A stretch of DNA of 34,564 bases from a virus (taxonomy: Duplodnaviria; Caudoviricetes), in IMG/VR virus record IMGVR_UViG_3300037467_001880, positions 1-34,564 of that record, one strand, 5' to 3'. A model generated the notes under the pieces. That model saw only the letters and a list, made by a program, of their open reading frames with translations. It was not told the DNA's origin and ran no database searches. The translations under genes and the position numbers were made by a program. The first letter of the stretch is position 1. Each line of letters starts with the position of its first letter. Shown here in pieces: positions 25,853 through 34,325 of the stretch.

Positions 25853-26302
25853 ATGAATTACCCCACCGATACCCAGCGCGACATGGATGCCGCAGAACTG
25901 CGTCGCCAGCAGGTCGAAGAAGGCCGGCGTCTGGCCGAAGCAGAGGGCAAGCAGCGCAAGGTCATCGGCCTGCCCGCTGCCCGCAGCGCGGCGCCGCGCG
26001 TTGCGGCGCCAGCAACCGGACCGAAATCGAAGGGGCATGAGGCCTTCCTCAAGGCGCTGCAGATGTCGGATGCCGACATCGTGGTCGAGAAGATGTCGGG
26101 CGACGTCTACTACGGCAAACTCAAGCACAGCGACAAGTACACGCTGACCATCAACGCGTATGCCATTCAGCGCAACGGCAAGGATTACAGCGACGAGGTC
26201 AAGGAAAGCTTCGACCGCGTGATTTTCAAGCACGATATCAGCGAGTTTCATACGACCACCGCGGCACCGGCCGGCTCGCGCGCCGCGGGAGTCCGCGCAT
26301 GA
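25853..26302 (+). CDS. Hfq/Sm-fold-like protein
   Basis: HEAFLKAL...V..MSG.VY.GKL...DKYTL.I...VIFKHDISEF parallels the Hfq pattern QDPFLNAL...V...NG..L.G.I...DQF.I.L...MVYKHAIST. SD GGAG. Confidence 0.7.
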   Translation: MNYPTDTQRDMDAAELRRQQVEEGRRLAEAEGKQRKVIGLPAARSAAPRVAAPATGPKSKGHEAFLKALQMSDADIVVEKMSGDVYYGKLKHSDKYTLTINAYAIQRNGKDYSDEVKESFDRVIFKHDISEFHTTTAAPAGSRAAGVRA

Positions 26303-27759
26303 GCGACGCCGTCGTCGATGCTGTTGTCGGCATGATCGCCGAGCGCTACGACCCGGCATTGAGCGCGGCGTCCTCGCCCGCGGCCCTGGCCGGCGCCAGC
26401 CCGGGTGCGATGGCGCTCGGGAAGTTCGAATTCGACGAGGAGTTCCAGACCAAGATCGCAGTACATGCGATGCGCAACCTGGCCTTCATGCGCCAGGCCG
26501 CACACCTCTTGAAGCCGGATTATTTTGAAAACGCGGGCGAGGCGGCGATGGTCAACATCGCCATTCGCTACTATGAGCGCTACGGTACGGTGCCATCGGC
26601 CGTGATGGCCAAGACCATGTTCGCCGACGATATTCGCGACAAGGTAATCCGCTCGGACATCAAGCCGGTCGCGGTCGAGTCGTTCAAGGCCTGTTTCAAT
26701 CCGGCCGCCGACCTGTCGGACGGTGATGCGATCGCCGAGCGGGTTGCTGAATTCGTACGCCACCAGGCCATGCAGGCGACCATTTTGGAGGCGGTCGAAC
26801 TGCTGGAGAAACGTGATTTCGAAAAGATCGAGAAGCGCGTCAAGGCAGCCTGCGAAGTGGGCCTGAACACCGACGGCGACGAGTACGACTACTATGCCGA
26901 GATCGACAGCCGCACGTCCGAGCGTGCCGACAAGAAGGCCGGCAAGCTGCCGCCGACCGGCATCACCACGGGATTCAAGGACATCGACGCGCTGCTGTAC
27001 CACATGGGCTGGGGTCGCAAGGAACTGGCGGTGTTGCTGGGCGGGCCGAAGTCGGGCAAGACCACGGCTCTGATCAACTTCGCCAAAGCAGCCAGCCTGG
27101 CCGGCTTCAATGTGTTCTACGCCACCTGCGAGGTCTCGGCGCGCATTATCTCGGAGCGTATGGACGCGACCATGTCCGACACCGAAGTCAAGGCGCTAGT
27201 CGACCGCATGCACGACGTGGCCGGCAAGGTCAAGGCCATCATGCCGCGCGCGGGCGTGATCAAGATTCACAACTACCCATCCGGCACCCTGACGCCGTCG
27301 CAACTCAAGGCGCGCATTGAGCGCTACAAGAGCCCGCGCATGATGCCTGACGGGACGGTGGCGCCACCGATCCAGTTCGATCTCGTGATCGTCGACTACG
27401 CCGACATCATGGCGCCGGACTTCCGCACCCAAGACACCATCGAGAACAGCAAGAGTATCTACTTGGCCCTGCGCGCGATCGCCGACCAGGAGAACGTGGC
27501 CATGCTGACCGCAACGCAGGGCAACCGCGAAGGCGCGAAGGCCGTGGTGCTCAAGGGTGAGCACGTCGCCGACGACTACAACAAGGTGCGCACGGTCGAT
27601 ATCATGATATCGATCAACGTAACCGAGGAAGAGCGCGCGAACGGCGAGGCAAGGCTGTATTTCGCAGCAAGCCGCAACCAGGAAGGCGGCTTCACCATCT
27701 TCATCAAACAGGAACTGGCCAAGATGAAGTTCATCGCCAGCATCGTACGAATCGAATAA
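26299..27759 (+). CDS. Replicative DNA helicase, DnaB/SF4-like
   Basis: GITTGF..ID, Walker A GGPKSGKT, Walker B IVDYAD, TATQGNR, and SRN (Arg-finger-like). Confidence 0.9.
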   Translation: MSDAVVDAVVGMIAERYDPALSAASSPAALAGASPGAMALGKFEFDEEFQTKIAVHAMRNLAFMRQAAHLLKPDYFENAGEAAMVNIAIRYYERYGTVPSAVMAKTMFADDIRDKVIRSDIKPVAVESFKACFNPAADLSDGDAIAERVAEFVRHQAMQATILEAVELLEKRDFEKIEKRVKAACEVGLNTDGDEYDYYAEIDSRTSERADKKAGKLPPTGITTGFKDIDALLYHMGWGRKELAVLLGGPKSGKTTALINFAKAASLAGFNVFYATCEVSARIISERMDATMSDTEVKALVDRMHDVAGKVKAIMPRAGVIKIHNYPSGTLTPSQLKARIERYKSPRMMPDGTVAPPIQFDLVIVDYADIMAPDFRTQDTIENSKSIYLALRAIADQENVAMLTATQGNREGAKAVVLKGEHVADDYNKVRTVDIMISINVTEEERANGEARLYFAASRNQEGGFTIFIKQELAKMKFIASIVRIE

Positions 27760-27769
27760 GGGAAATTAC

Positions 27770-28234
27770 ATGGAACTGAAAACCCGCGCTTACATCCAGG
27801 TTCACAGCACGACCGGGGAGGAGATTGGTCCGATCTTCAAGGAGCCGATCGAGTCGCTGGAGCACAAGGAACTGGTGCTGCGCAACGATGCCGAAACCTA
27901 CATCGCCCGGGTCGAAAGCCAGCTGAGCGGCACGCTCAGGCAGATCGAAGCACTGGTGCGTGAAAAAGCAACGCTGCAACACGACATGGAAGACCTGCGC
28001 CTGCGCAACGACGAACTGGCGGAAAGTCTGGCGTATGAGCGCAACATGCACGCCGACACACTGCGTCAGCGCTATAGCCAGGACAATCGCATGCTCGACA
28101 TCATGATGGCATTGCAAAGGGCCAGACCCGGCTCCGTCTTTCCGTCCGCCGAAGAGGCGCGCGACATGATCGTCGCCGCATTCAAGCCGCGCAGCCGCCT
28201 CGTACGGGCCTTGCGCATGTTGTTCAAGGGGTAG
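27770..28234 (+). CDS. Hypothetical coiled-coil protein
   Basis: SD AAGGGA; heptad-like Leu/Glu-rich centre. Confidence 0.65.
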   Translation: MELKTRAYIQVHSTTGEEIGPIFKEPIESLEHKELVLRNDAETYIARVESQLSGTLRQIEALVREKATLQHDMEDLRLRNDELAESLAYERNMHADTLRQRYSQDNRMLDIMMALQRARPGSVFPSAEEARDMIVAAFKPRSRLVRALRMLFKG

Positions 28235-28238
28235 CGAC

Positions 28239-28730
28239 ATGTGCGAGAAGTGGCGCGCTGTGCCGGGCTTTGAAGGGCTTTACGCCGTATCCGATCAAGG
28301 CCGGGTCAAACGTCTGGCGCGCGAGATCGCAATGACCAATGGCCGGCGCCGTATTTCCGAGCGCCAGCTGGCGCGCAATCCCGGTTCGTTTGGGCATTGG
28401 GTTGTGATTTTATCGAACGGCAACACGCGCACCATCATGCGCATCGCCGATCTGGTCATGCTGGCGTTCGAAGGGCCAGCGCCGGCTGGCATGGAGGCGC
28501 TTCACAAAGACGGCGACCGGGCCAACAACCGGATCGACAACCTGATATACGGGCCGAGTCGCAACGAGGATCATTACTTTAATCCGGGTAATTCCAAACT
28601 GGTGCCGAGCATGGTGCGCGATATTCGTGCATCGAATGAAAGTGCGATCGCACTGGCGAAGAAATACAACCTGAAGCCGGAGACGATCCGCGCCATCAAG
28701 GCCAATAAAACCTGGAAGGATGTGAAATGA
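28239..28730 (+). CDS. NUMOD4-HNH homing endonuclease-like protein
   Basis: EKWRAVPGFEGLYAVSDQGRVK (NUMOD4), ALHKDGDRANNRIDNL (HNH) and a C-terminal HTH-like LAKKYNL...TI..I....TW. Confidence 0.85.
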   Translation: MCEKWRAVPGFEGLYAVSDQGRVKRLAREIAMTNGRRRISERQLARNPGSFGHWVVILSNGNTRTIMRIADLVMLAFEGPAPAGMEALHKDGDRANNRIDNLIYGPSRNEDHYFNPGNSKLVPSMVRDIRASNESAIALAKKYNLKPETIRAIKANKTWKDVK

Positions 28731-29812
28731 GCAGGGTGGACAATACCGAGTTGCAGGAGGCGCTGGACACGATCGACATCGAGTCTTGGCTCGACGCCGA
28801 AGGCGTCCGGTATCGTCCCACGCGCGGTAAGAGCGGCGCACAGTTCAACATCAAGGAGTGCCCGATCTGCGGCAACAGCAAGTACAAGGTGTTTCTGAAC
28901 CAGGAGACTGGACTTGGCAACTGCTTTCACGGCGATTGTGAATCGAAATTCAACAAGTGGAAGTTCATTCACGCCACGCTGGGCGGCACCGCGCGTGCGA
29001 CCATCGACCACATCAAGCATTTCGCGCGCACGCAGGGCTGGCGCCCGAAGCGCAGCAAGACGGCGGTCGAAACCGGCGGCACGCTGGTATTGCCGGAGTC
29101 GATCGCACTGCCTTACAACGGCCGCAATCTCAAGTATCTGGACAACCGCGGCATCACCGGCGATATCGCCAGTTATTTCGAATTGAGGTTTTCTCACAAT
29201 GGCAAATTTCCATACCTTGACACTGCCGGTGATCCTGTGGAACAGGACTACGCCAACCGGGTCATCATCCCTATATTTGATCTGGAGGGACAGCTTGTGT
29301 CGTTCCAGGGGCGCGACATTACTGGCACGGCTGATCGCAAGTATTTATTCCCGCCCGGATTCGCCTCGACCGGTTCCGTCCTGTACAACGGCCATAATGC
29401 ACATGGCGCCGAGCACGTTGTTTTAGGCGAGGGCGTATTCGACGTCGCGGCCATCAAGATCGCGCTGGACGGTGACATGGCGCTGCGCGACATCGTCCCG
29501 GTCGGCACCTTCGGCAAGCACCTGTCGTACGGGAACGAGAACAGTCAGCTGGCGCGTCTTCTGCAGCTGAAAGAGGAAGGTCTGGGCATGATCACGCTGA
29601 TGTGGGATGGAGAAGCGAAGGCGATCGTCGACGCGGTCGACGCCGGCCTGATGCTGCGCAGCGCCGGTTTCATGGTCAAGATCGCCATTCTGCCGAAAGA
29701 CAAAGACCCGAACGAAGTGCCGCCGGACGTGGTGCGGCGCGCGTTCTACCACGCGACGCCACTCACCCCGGGCAGCGCGACGAAGTTGAAACTGATGTAC
29801 GGTCGCGCCTGA
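28727..29812 (+). CDS. DNA primase (Zn-finger + TOPRIM)
   Basis: CPICG...GNCFHGDC zinc finger, YL..RGI, RVIIPI, FQGRDI, KYL, GEGVFD, WDGE and KDPN. Confidence 0.9.
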   Translation: MSRVDNTELQEALDTIDIESWLDAEGVRYRPTRGKSGAQFNIKECPICGNSKYKVFLNQETGLGNCFHGDCESKFNKWKFIHATLGGTARATIDHIKHFARTQGWRPKRSKTAVETGGTLVLPESIALPYNGRNLKYLDNRGITGDIASYFELRFSHNGKFPYLDTAGDPVEQDYANRVIIPIFDLEGQLVSFQGRDITGTADRKYLFPPGFASTGSVLYNGHNAHGAEHVVLGEGVFDVAAIKIALDGDMALRDIVPVGTFGKHLSYGNENSQLARLLQLKEEGLGMITLMWDGEAKAIVDAVDAGLMLRSAGFMVKIAILPKDKDPNEVPPDVVRRAFYHATPLTPGSATKLKLMYGRA

Positions 29813-29817
29813 AAAAT

Positions 29818-29861
29818 TCAGTCAGGGCTGACTTGTCACTCCTGACAGCGACCGGTACGAT
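29818..29861 (+). promoter_or_regulatory. Tandem operators (AGTCA-gggc-TGACT 29820-29833; TGTCA-ctcc-TGACA 29834-29847) on promoter TTGTCA-17-TACGAT
   Basis: Two adjacent perfect GTCA-N4-TGAC palindromes; -35 at 29833-29838 and -10 at 29856-29861. Confidence 0.7.
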
Positions 29862-29898
29862 GTGAATATGAATGCGCGATGTGCGCGAAGGGAACGGG

Positions 29899-30396
29899 AT
29901 GAGTAAAAGATACGAGGTACTGCTGGATTACCTGGAGCACGATGGTGGCACCAAGTTCTATGAGACGGTGCGCATCACCGAATTGGTCGATGACAAAAGA
30001 TTTGGTGCTTCGATTCTGCTGCAGCGCTGGGGCAAGATCGAAGCAAACACAGGCGGTGGCCAGATCAAGACCGTTAATGGATCGATCAACACAACGGATA
30101 GCGCGCGTACCAAGATTCTCAAGGAGAAGATGACGCCACGCGCCGGCAAGGGCGTGTACAACAGGGCGGCTGCGCCGGTATTCGGACTTGGCAGAATCGT
30201 CCCGGCTTCAAATTTGCCGAGAGAGGTAAAAGCTGAGGATCTTTATTCGGCATTGAACGAGCACTACGGCCCGGCCAGCTGCGACATAGTCGTGAAATAT
30301 TTTGACATGCACGAAGAACGGGGCGCCGAACCCGCTGACGACATCGTCAGCGAAGGCGAAGAACATGACCGCGGCACCAATTGGGCCAGCTGGTAA
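29899..30396 (+). CDS. WGR-domain-like protein
   Basis: G.KFYE...LLQRWGKI...GQ.K...KEK...KG.Y follows the WGR domain pattern. The start could be 29872 or 29899. Confidence 0.6.
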   Translation: MSKRYEVLLDYLEHDGGTKFYETVRITELVDDKRFGASILLQRWGKIEANTGGGQIKTVNGSINTTDSARTKILKEKMTPRAGKGVYNRAAAPVFGLGRIVPASNLPREVKAEDLYSALNEHYGPASCDIVVKYFDMHEERGAEPADDIVSEGEEHDRGTNWASW

Positions 30397-30407
30397 AGGA
30401 GAGCGAC

Positions 30408-31064
30408 ATGCAAAACGAACCGATCAAGCACGACACAAACTATCCCATCGCGGCCAGCGCCGGCCCGGACAACGCCTACTACCTGCGCCACTGCGCCATG
30501 ATCGAACGCGGCCCGGCCTACACCGCATGTCTGTCGCGCCTGAAGGACATCGACGACGGCCGTGCCAACGAGCGCACCGCACAATGTGAGAAGGCAGTGC
30601 GCGAGAACCGCTGTGTGGCGCACGGCATGCGTGAACAAGAACAGCTGGCCGGCGCCGCACTGTTCTACTTCCCGCGCACGAACAAGCCGTTCCTGCCGGC
30701 TAACGTGGCCGGCGACTTCGGCGTCTTGATCACAAACCTGACCGATCCGGCCCTGATTCCGAAGCCAATCAAGCCGTTCGGTGAGAAGCCAGCTGCGCGC
30801 CCGGCGCCGAGCAAAGTCGATGATGAACTGCGGGTCGACGCGCTGGCGGCCGCAATCACGAACGCTGCGGCGAAAGAAGCAGAGCCGGCCGCGCCCATCA
30901 CGCAAGAGCAGCTGCGCCAGGAACTGATCAAGAACCCGATCAAGGTCGACCTGCCGCCGATGCTTCCGCCAGGCACTGGCTCGACCGTGCCCAAGATTCA
31001 GCCGGGTGAGACCCCGCTGCAATTCGCCCGCCGCATGGCGGAACTTCGTAAAGCTAAACAATGA
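30408..31064 (+). CDS. Hypothetical protein (four Cys in N-terminal half, Pro/Ala-rich tail)
   Basis: SD AAGGAG before ATG 30408; possible metal-binding Cys set. Confidence 0.7.
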   Translation: MQNEPIKHDTNYPIAASAGPDNAYYLRHCAMIERGPAYTACLSRLKDIDDGRANERTAQCEKAVRENRCVAHGMREQEQLAGAALFYFPRTNKPFLPANVAGDFGVLITNLTDPALIPKPIKPFGEKPAARPAPSKVDDELRVDALAAAITNAAAKEAEPAAPITQEQLRQELIKNPIKVDLPPMLPPGTGSTVPKIQPGETPLQFARRMAELRKAKQ

Positions 31065-31068
31065 GGGA

Positions 31069-31278
31069 ATGATGGCAAGTAAAAAGAGCAACGAAATGAA
31101 AGTCACGATCTGGACCGACACGCTTAAATCGGACATGGTCGGAACCATCAGCGCCAGTGTGATCGAAAGCTTTGGCTACATCATGCCGAGCAACGGTAAA
31201 ACAGCTGCGGAAATGCGTGAATTGGCGCTCAAGCTGATGCAAGAGCGTCACGAACAACTCAAGGCCAGTGGCCAATAA
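31069..31278 (+). CDS. Small hypothetical protein
   Basis: Fills the gap between neighbours; GAGG precedes ATGATG. Confidence 0.55.
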   Translation: MMASKKSNEMKVTIWTDTLKSDMVGTISASVIESFGYIMPSNGKTAAEMRELALKLMQERHEQLKASGQ

Positions 31279-31292
31279 ATAAAGGAAAAGTG

Positions 31293-32714
31293 ATGAGCCT
31301 GAAACCCAACATGGACACCGACCAGATTCTGGGCCTGATGGACCAGATCGCGGAAACGCCCGGCAAGAACGACAAGATCGCGATGCTGAAAGCTGTCGCC
31401 GGCGACACCTTGCTGCAGCGCGTGCTGCGCGCCGCATACAACACCGACAAGTACGGCATTCGCGCGGTGCCAGAGCGCGCGATCATGTCGCCGATTGGCT
31501 ATCAATTCGACGACGACTCCTGGAAGATCATCGCGCAGATGCGCGACCGTACACTGACCGGCAACGCCATGTTGGCGATGGTGCAGCAGGAAATGAACCG
31601 TCTGTCGGAAGACAGCGCCGAACTGTTCAAGCGCATTCTGCTCAAGGACATGCGCGCCGGCTTCTCGGCAGAAACATGCAACAAGGTTTGGCCCGGCCTG
31701 GTGCCCGACACGGCCTACATGCGCTGTTCGCTGCCGAAGGACGCCAAACCCGAGACCTGGACCGAATGGGCAGACGGCGAAATCCTGCAGATCAAGGCGG
31801 ACGGCATGTTCGTCAACATCGACCACGAAGACACCGGCGAAGTCTTCATGTATTCGCGCGCCGGCACGATGTTCCCGACCGAGGCGTTTGGCCAGCTCCT
31901 GCAGGAAATCCGCAACACCTTCCTGACCGGCACACAGTCGCACGGCGAAATGCTGGTCGAGCGCGACGGCAAGATTCTCGCACGCGAGATCGGCAACGGC
32001 ATTCTCAACAAGGTCGTGCAGGGCGGCACCTTCGCGCCTAACGAAAGTCCGGTGTTTGAAGTGTGGGATCAGATTCCGCTGGAGTGCGCGGTCCCGAAAG
32101 GCAAGTGCGAGATTCCGTACATCGACCGTCTGCGCACGATCATCGCCCAGCTGAAAGGCAAGGGGGTACAGAGCATCAGTCTGATCACGACCAGGATCGT
32201 TAAGAGCCTGGACGAAGCCTACCGCATCGGCGGCCAGTGGATGGCGGAAGGTCTGGAGGGCGGCATTCTCAAGCGCCGCACGGCGATCTGGAAGGACGGC
32301 ACCAGCAAGGAGCAAGTCAAGCTCAAGCTGGAATTCGAAGTCGATTTGGAGATCGTCGGCTTCGTCGCCGGCCGCGACAACACCAAGAACGAAGGCCGCG
32401 TCGGCAGCCTGACCTGCCGCACCAGCTGCGATGGCCTGCGCGTGGACGTGGCAATCAAGGGCGAGGCAATGCGCGACGCGGTCGAAGCGGACAAGGAAGG
32501 CTGGCTGGGCAAGATCATGCCTGTCACGGCCAACATGATCATGAAGCCGTCCGAATCGAACCCGCTGCACAGTCTGTTCCTGCCGCGCTTTACCAGCGCG
32601 ACGCCGCGCACCGACAAGTTCACGGCCGATAGCTTGGCGCGCGCGTTCGACATCGAGGCCGCGGCCAAGATGGGAAAGAAGCTCAAAGACGAAGCACTCA
32701 AGGAGGCAGCATGA
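31293..32714 (+). CDS. ATP-dependent DNA ligase
   Basis: Motif I KADG, GEML, FEVWD, EGGILK and KLK, with a C-terminal OB-fold ending SLFLPRF...R.DK. Start is GTG 31290 or ATG 31293. Confidence 0.92.
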   Translation: MSLKPNMDTDQILGLMDQIAETPGKNDKIAMLKAVAGDTLLQRVLRAAYNTDKYGIRAVPERAIMSPIGYQFDDDSWKIIAQMRDRTLTGNAMLAMVQQEMNRLSEDSAELFKRILLKDMRAGFSAETCNKVWPGLVPDTAYMRCSLPKDAKPETWTEWADGEILQIKADGMFVNIDHEDTGEVFMYSRAGTMFPTEAFGQLLQEIRNTFLTGTQSHGEMLVERDGKILAREIGNGILNKVVQGGTFAPNESPVFEVWDQIPLECAVPKGKCEIPYIDRLRTIIAQLKGKGVQSISLITTRIVKSLDEAYRIGGQWMAEGLEGGILKRRTAIWKDGTSKEQVKLKLEFEVDLEIVGFVAGRDNTKNEGRVGSLTCRTSCDGLRVDVAIKGEAMRDAVEADKEGWLGKIMPVTANMIMKPSESNPLHSLFLPRFTSATPRTDKFTADSLARAFDIEAAAKMGKKLKDEALKEAA

Positions 32715-33286
32715 AGATCACGACGAAGCAGCTGGAAGAAAGCATGCTGAAAAATGGCCATGAGGTGCAGTATCTGCCCTTCACCGTCAAGCCGAATGTC
32801 GAACGTCGGCCGCACACCGTGGGTAGTATCAGACTGGAAGACATTGTCAAGGCCATTAATGCCATTCCCGGGATCGCCATGATCGAGACGATGCAGTTGA
32901 TCGGCGTCAAGGGCGGCAAGGAAGAAGACCTTGGCGAAGCGCCGCTGTCGAACGAACTCAAGGCCAGGGAAATCTGCCGACAATATGGCGAAGACCCGGA
33001 TGACGACGATAGCATGATCATGGGCGCGCTGATGGAACTGATCAACTGGCAAAACACGCAGATGGTCGAGGAAGCGCTCAACGAGCCGGCCGAATCTGAC
33101 AAGATCGATCCTGCCCACGAGTTCTACCGCGAACGCGCCTTCGACACGCGTCACAAGGACGGCGACATCGAATTCGACGCCGATGCCGAGGTATCGCTCG
33201 GCGACGACGCCGGCGCCTACGTGCAAGCGTGGGTCTGGATTCCCGGCGAACCGCCAGTCGACTCCGAGGGCGGCGACTGTGACTGA
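32711..33286 (+). CDS. Acidic hypothetical protein
   Basis: SD AAGGAGG and ATGA overlap; very Asp/Glu-rich, ending DG.IEFD.DA.VS.G...GAYVQAWVW. Confidence 0.7.
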   Translation: MKITTKQLEESMLKNGHEVQYLPFTVKPNVERRPHTVGSIRLEDIVKAINAIPGIAMIETMQLIGVKGGKEEDLGEAPLSNELKAREICRQYGEDPDDDDSMIMGALMELINWQNTQMVEEALNEPAESDKIDPAHEFYRERAFDTRHKDGDIEFDADAEVSLGDDAGAYVQAWVWIPGEPPVDSEGGDCD

Positions 33287-33467
33287 CGACGAGTTCAAGC
33301 GGGCCAGGGCCACCATGCCCTGGACCGAGCACAACTTCGCACAGGGTCGCCAGACCCTGATCAAGATCGTCGACCGCAACGGCGCCGAAGTGCCATTGCT
33401 GACCATGGTGGCGTTTGTGCTGCGTATGAGCGCCCACTTGGCCATCAAGGAGGAAAAAGATGCCTAA
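33279..33467 (+). CDS. Small hypothetical protein (62 aa, GTG start)
   Basis: Overlaps both neighbours; SD-like GAGG upstream. Confidence 0.55.
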   Translation: MTDDEFKRARATMPWTEHNFAQGRQTLIKIVDRNGAEVPLLTMVAFVLRMSAHLAIKEEKDA

Positions 33468-34146
33468 AGAATACCAAAAGCCGAGTTGCAAAACCGACGG
33501 CGAACGCGAAGTCTACGAGCACCCGGCTTATGGTCTGGTCAGCCTGAGTATCATCACTGGCGGCGGCACGCTGTTCGGCAGCGACATCAACCATCAGCAC
33601 CGGGTCCGCTTGACCATCAAACGCGCCCGCCATGAGCGCAGCTTGAGCAACGACTGGTATTTCTCGCATCGGCAATCTCTGATCGACGTTGAACTGTCGC
33701 ATGCGCAATTCGCCGAATTGATCACGACCAGTAACCGGGGTGAAGGTACACCGTGCACGATCCAGAACATTGACGGCAATATGCTGCCTGGCATCGAGCC
33801 GGTCGAGAACAGGACGGACATGCTGCGCCGGGAAGTTGAAGTGACAGCCAGGCGTCGCATGAGGGCGACTCAGGATGTCACAAAACGTCTAGGCGAACTG
33901 ATCGAGTCCGGCAAGATGTCCAAGACAGAACTGCGCGCGCTGCACAAGGAGCTGACCAACAATGTCGAGCGGCTACCTGGCGACGTCGGCTTCATTGTCG
34001 AAATGGGCCAGGAGGCGATGGAAAAGCTGGTCGGGCACGCCAAGGTTGAAATCGAGGCGACGATTGCGAACCATGTGCGCAAGCTGGGCCTGGAGGCTGC
34101 ACAGAAGGCCGGCATCATCGGGCCAGATTACCAACTGCCGGAATAA
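33460..34146 (+). CDS. Hypothetical phage protein
   Basis: SD AAGGAGG; motifs HPAYG, LFGSD..H, S.AQFA.LIT..N.G.G.PCT and a coiled-coil C-terminus. Confidence 0.75.
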   Translation: MPKEYQKPSCKTDGEREVYEHPAYGLVSLSIITGGGTLFGSDINHQHRVRLTIKRARHERSLSNDWYFSHRQSLIDVELSHAQFAELITTSNRGEGTPCTIQNIDGNMLPGIEPVENRTDMLRREVEVTARRRMRATQDVTKRLGELIESGKMSKTELRALHKELTNNVERLPGDVGFIVEMGQEAMEKLVGHAKVEIEATIANHVRKLGLEAAQKAGIIGPDYQLPE

Positions 34147-34161
34147 GTCGACCATCATCTA

Positions 34162-34201
34162 AAACGCCGCACCGGGTGAAGCCGCGCGGCGTTTGTTGTT
34201 T
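34162..34201 (+). terminator. Possible terminator for the + strand operon
   Basis: AAACGCCGC (34162-34170) pairs with GCGGCGTTT (34186-34194), followed by GTTGTTT. Confidence 0.55.
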
Positions 34202-34272
34202 ACGTTCCACACGCGAAATTTTTCTGAGAAGAAATCGAACGCCGGTCGTATAATTTCCTTCGTTGAGGGAAT

Positions 34273-34295
34273 AAAAAAAGGCGCCCGAAGGCGCC
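34273..34295 (-). terminator. Rho-independent terminator of the convergent - strand gene
   Basis: On the - strand it reads GGCGCC-TTCG-GGCGCC-TTTTTTT. Confidence 0.85.
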
Positions 34296-34325
34296 AATAA
34301 CACGAAGGTGAAGGTGAAAGGTATG

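Noticed and set aside
3409-29847. Repeated dyad as CRISPR repeats or recombinase/invertase crossover sites
   Set aside because: Copies are kilobases apart with variable 4-bp cores, which is incompatible with core-homology-dependent recombination. They consistently overlap promoter elements, and no cas or recombinase gene is in the window.
34143-34160. TAAGTCG after the last + strand gene as an eighth operator
   Set aside because: Only a partial left half-site is present, with no TGACT right half and no -10 box.
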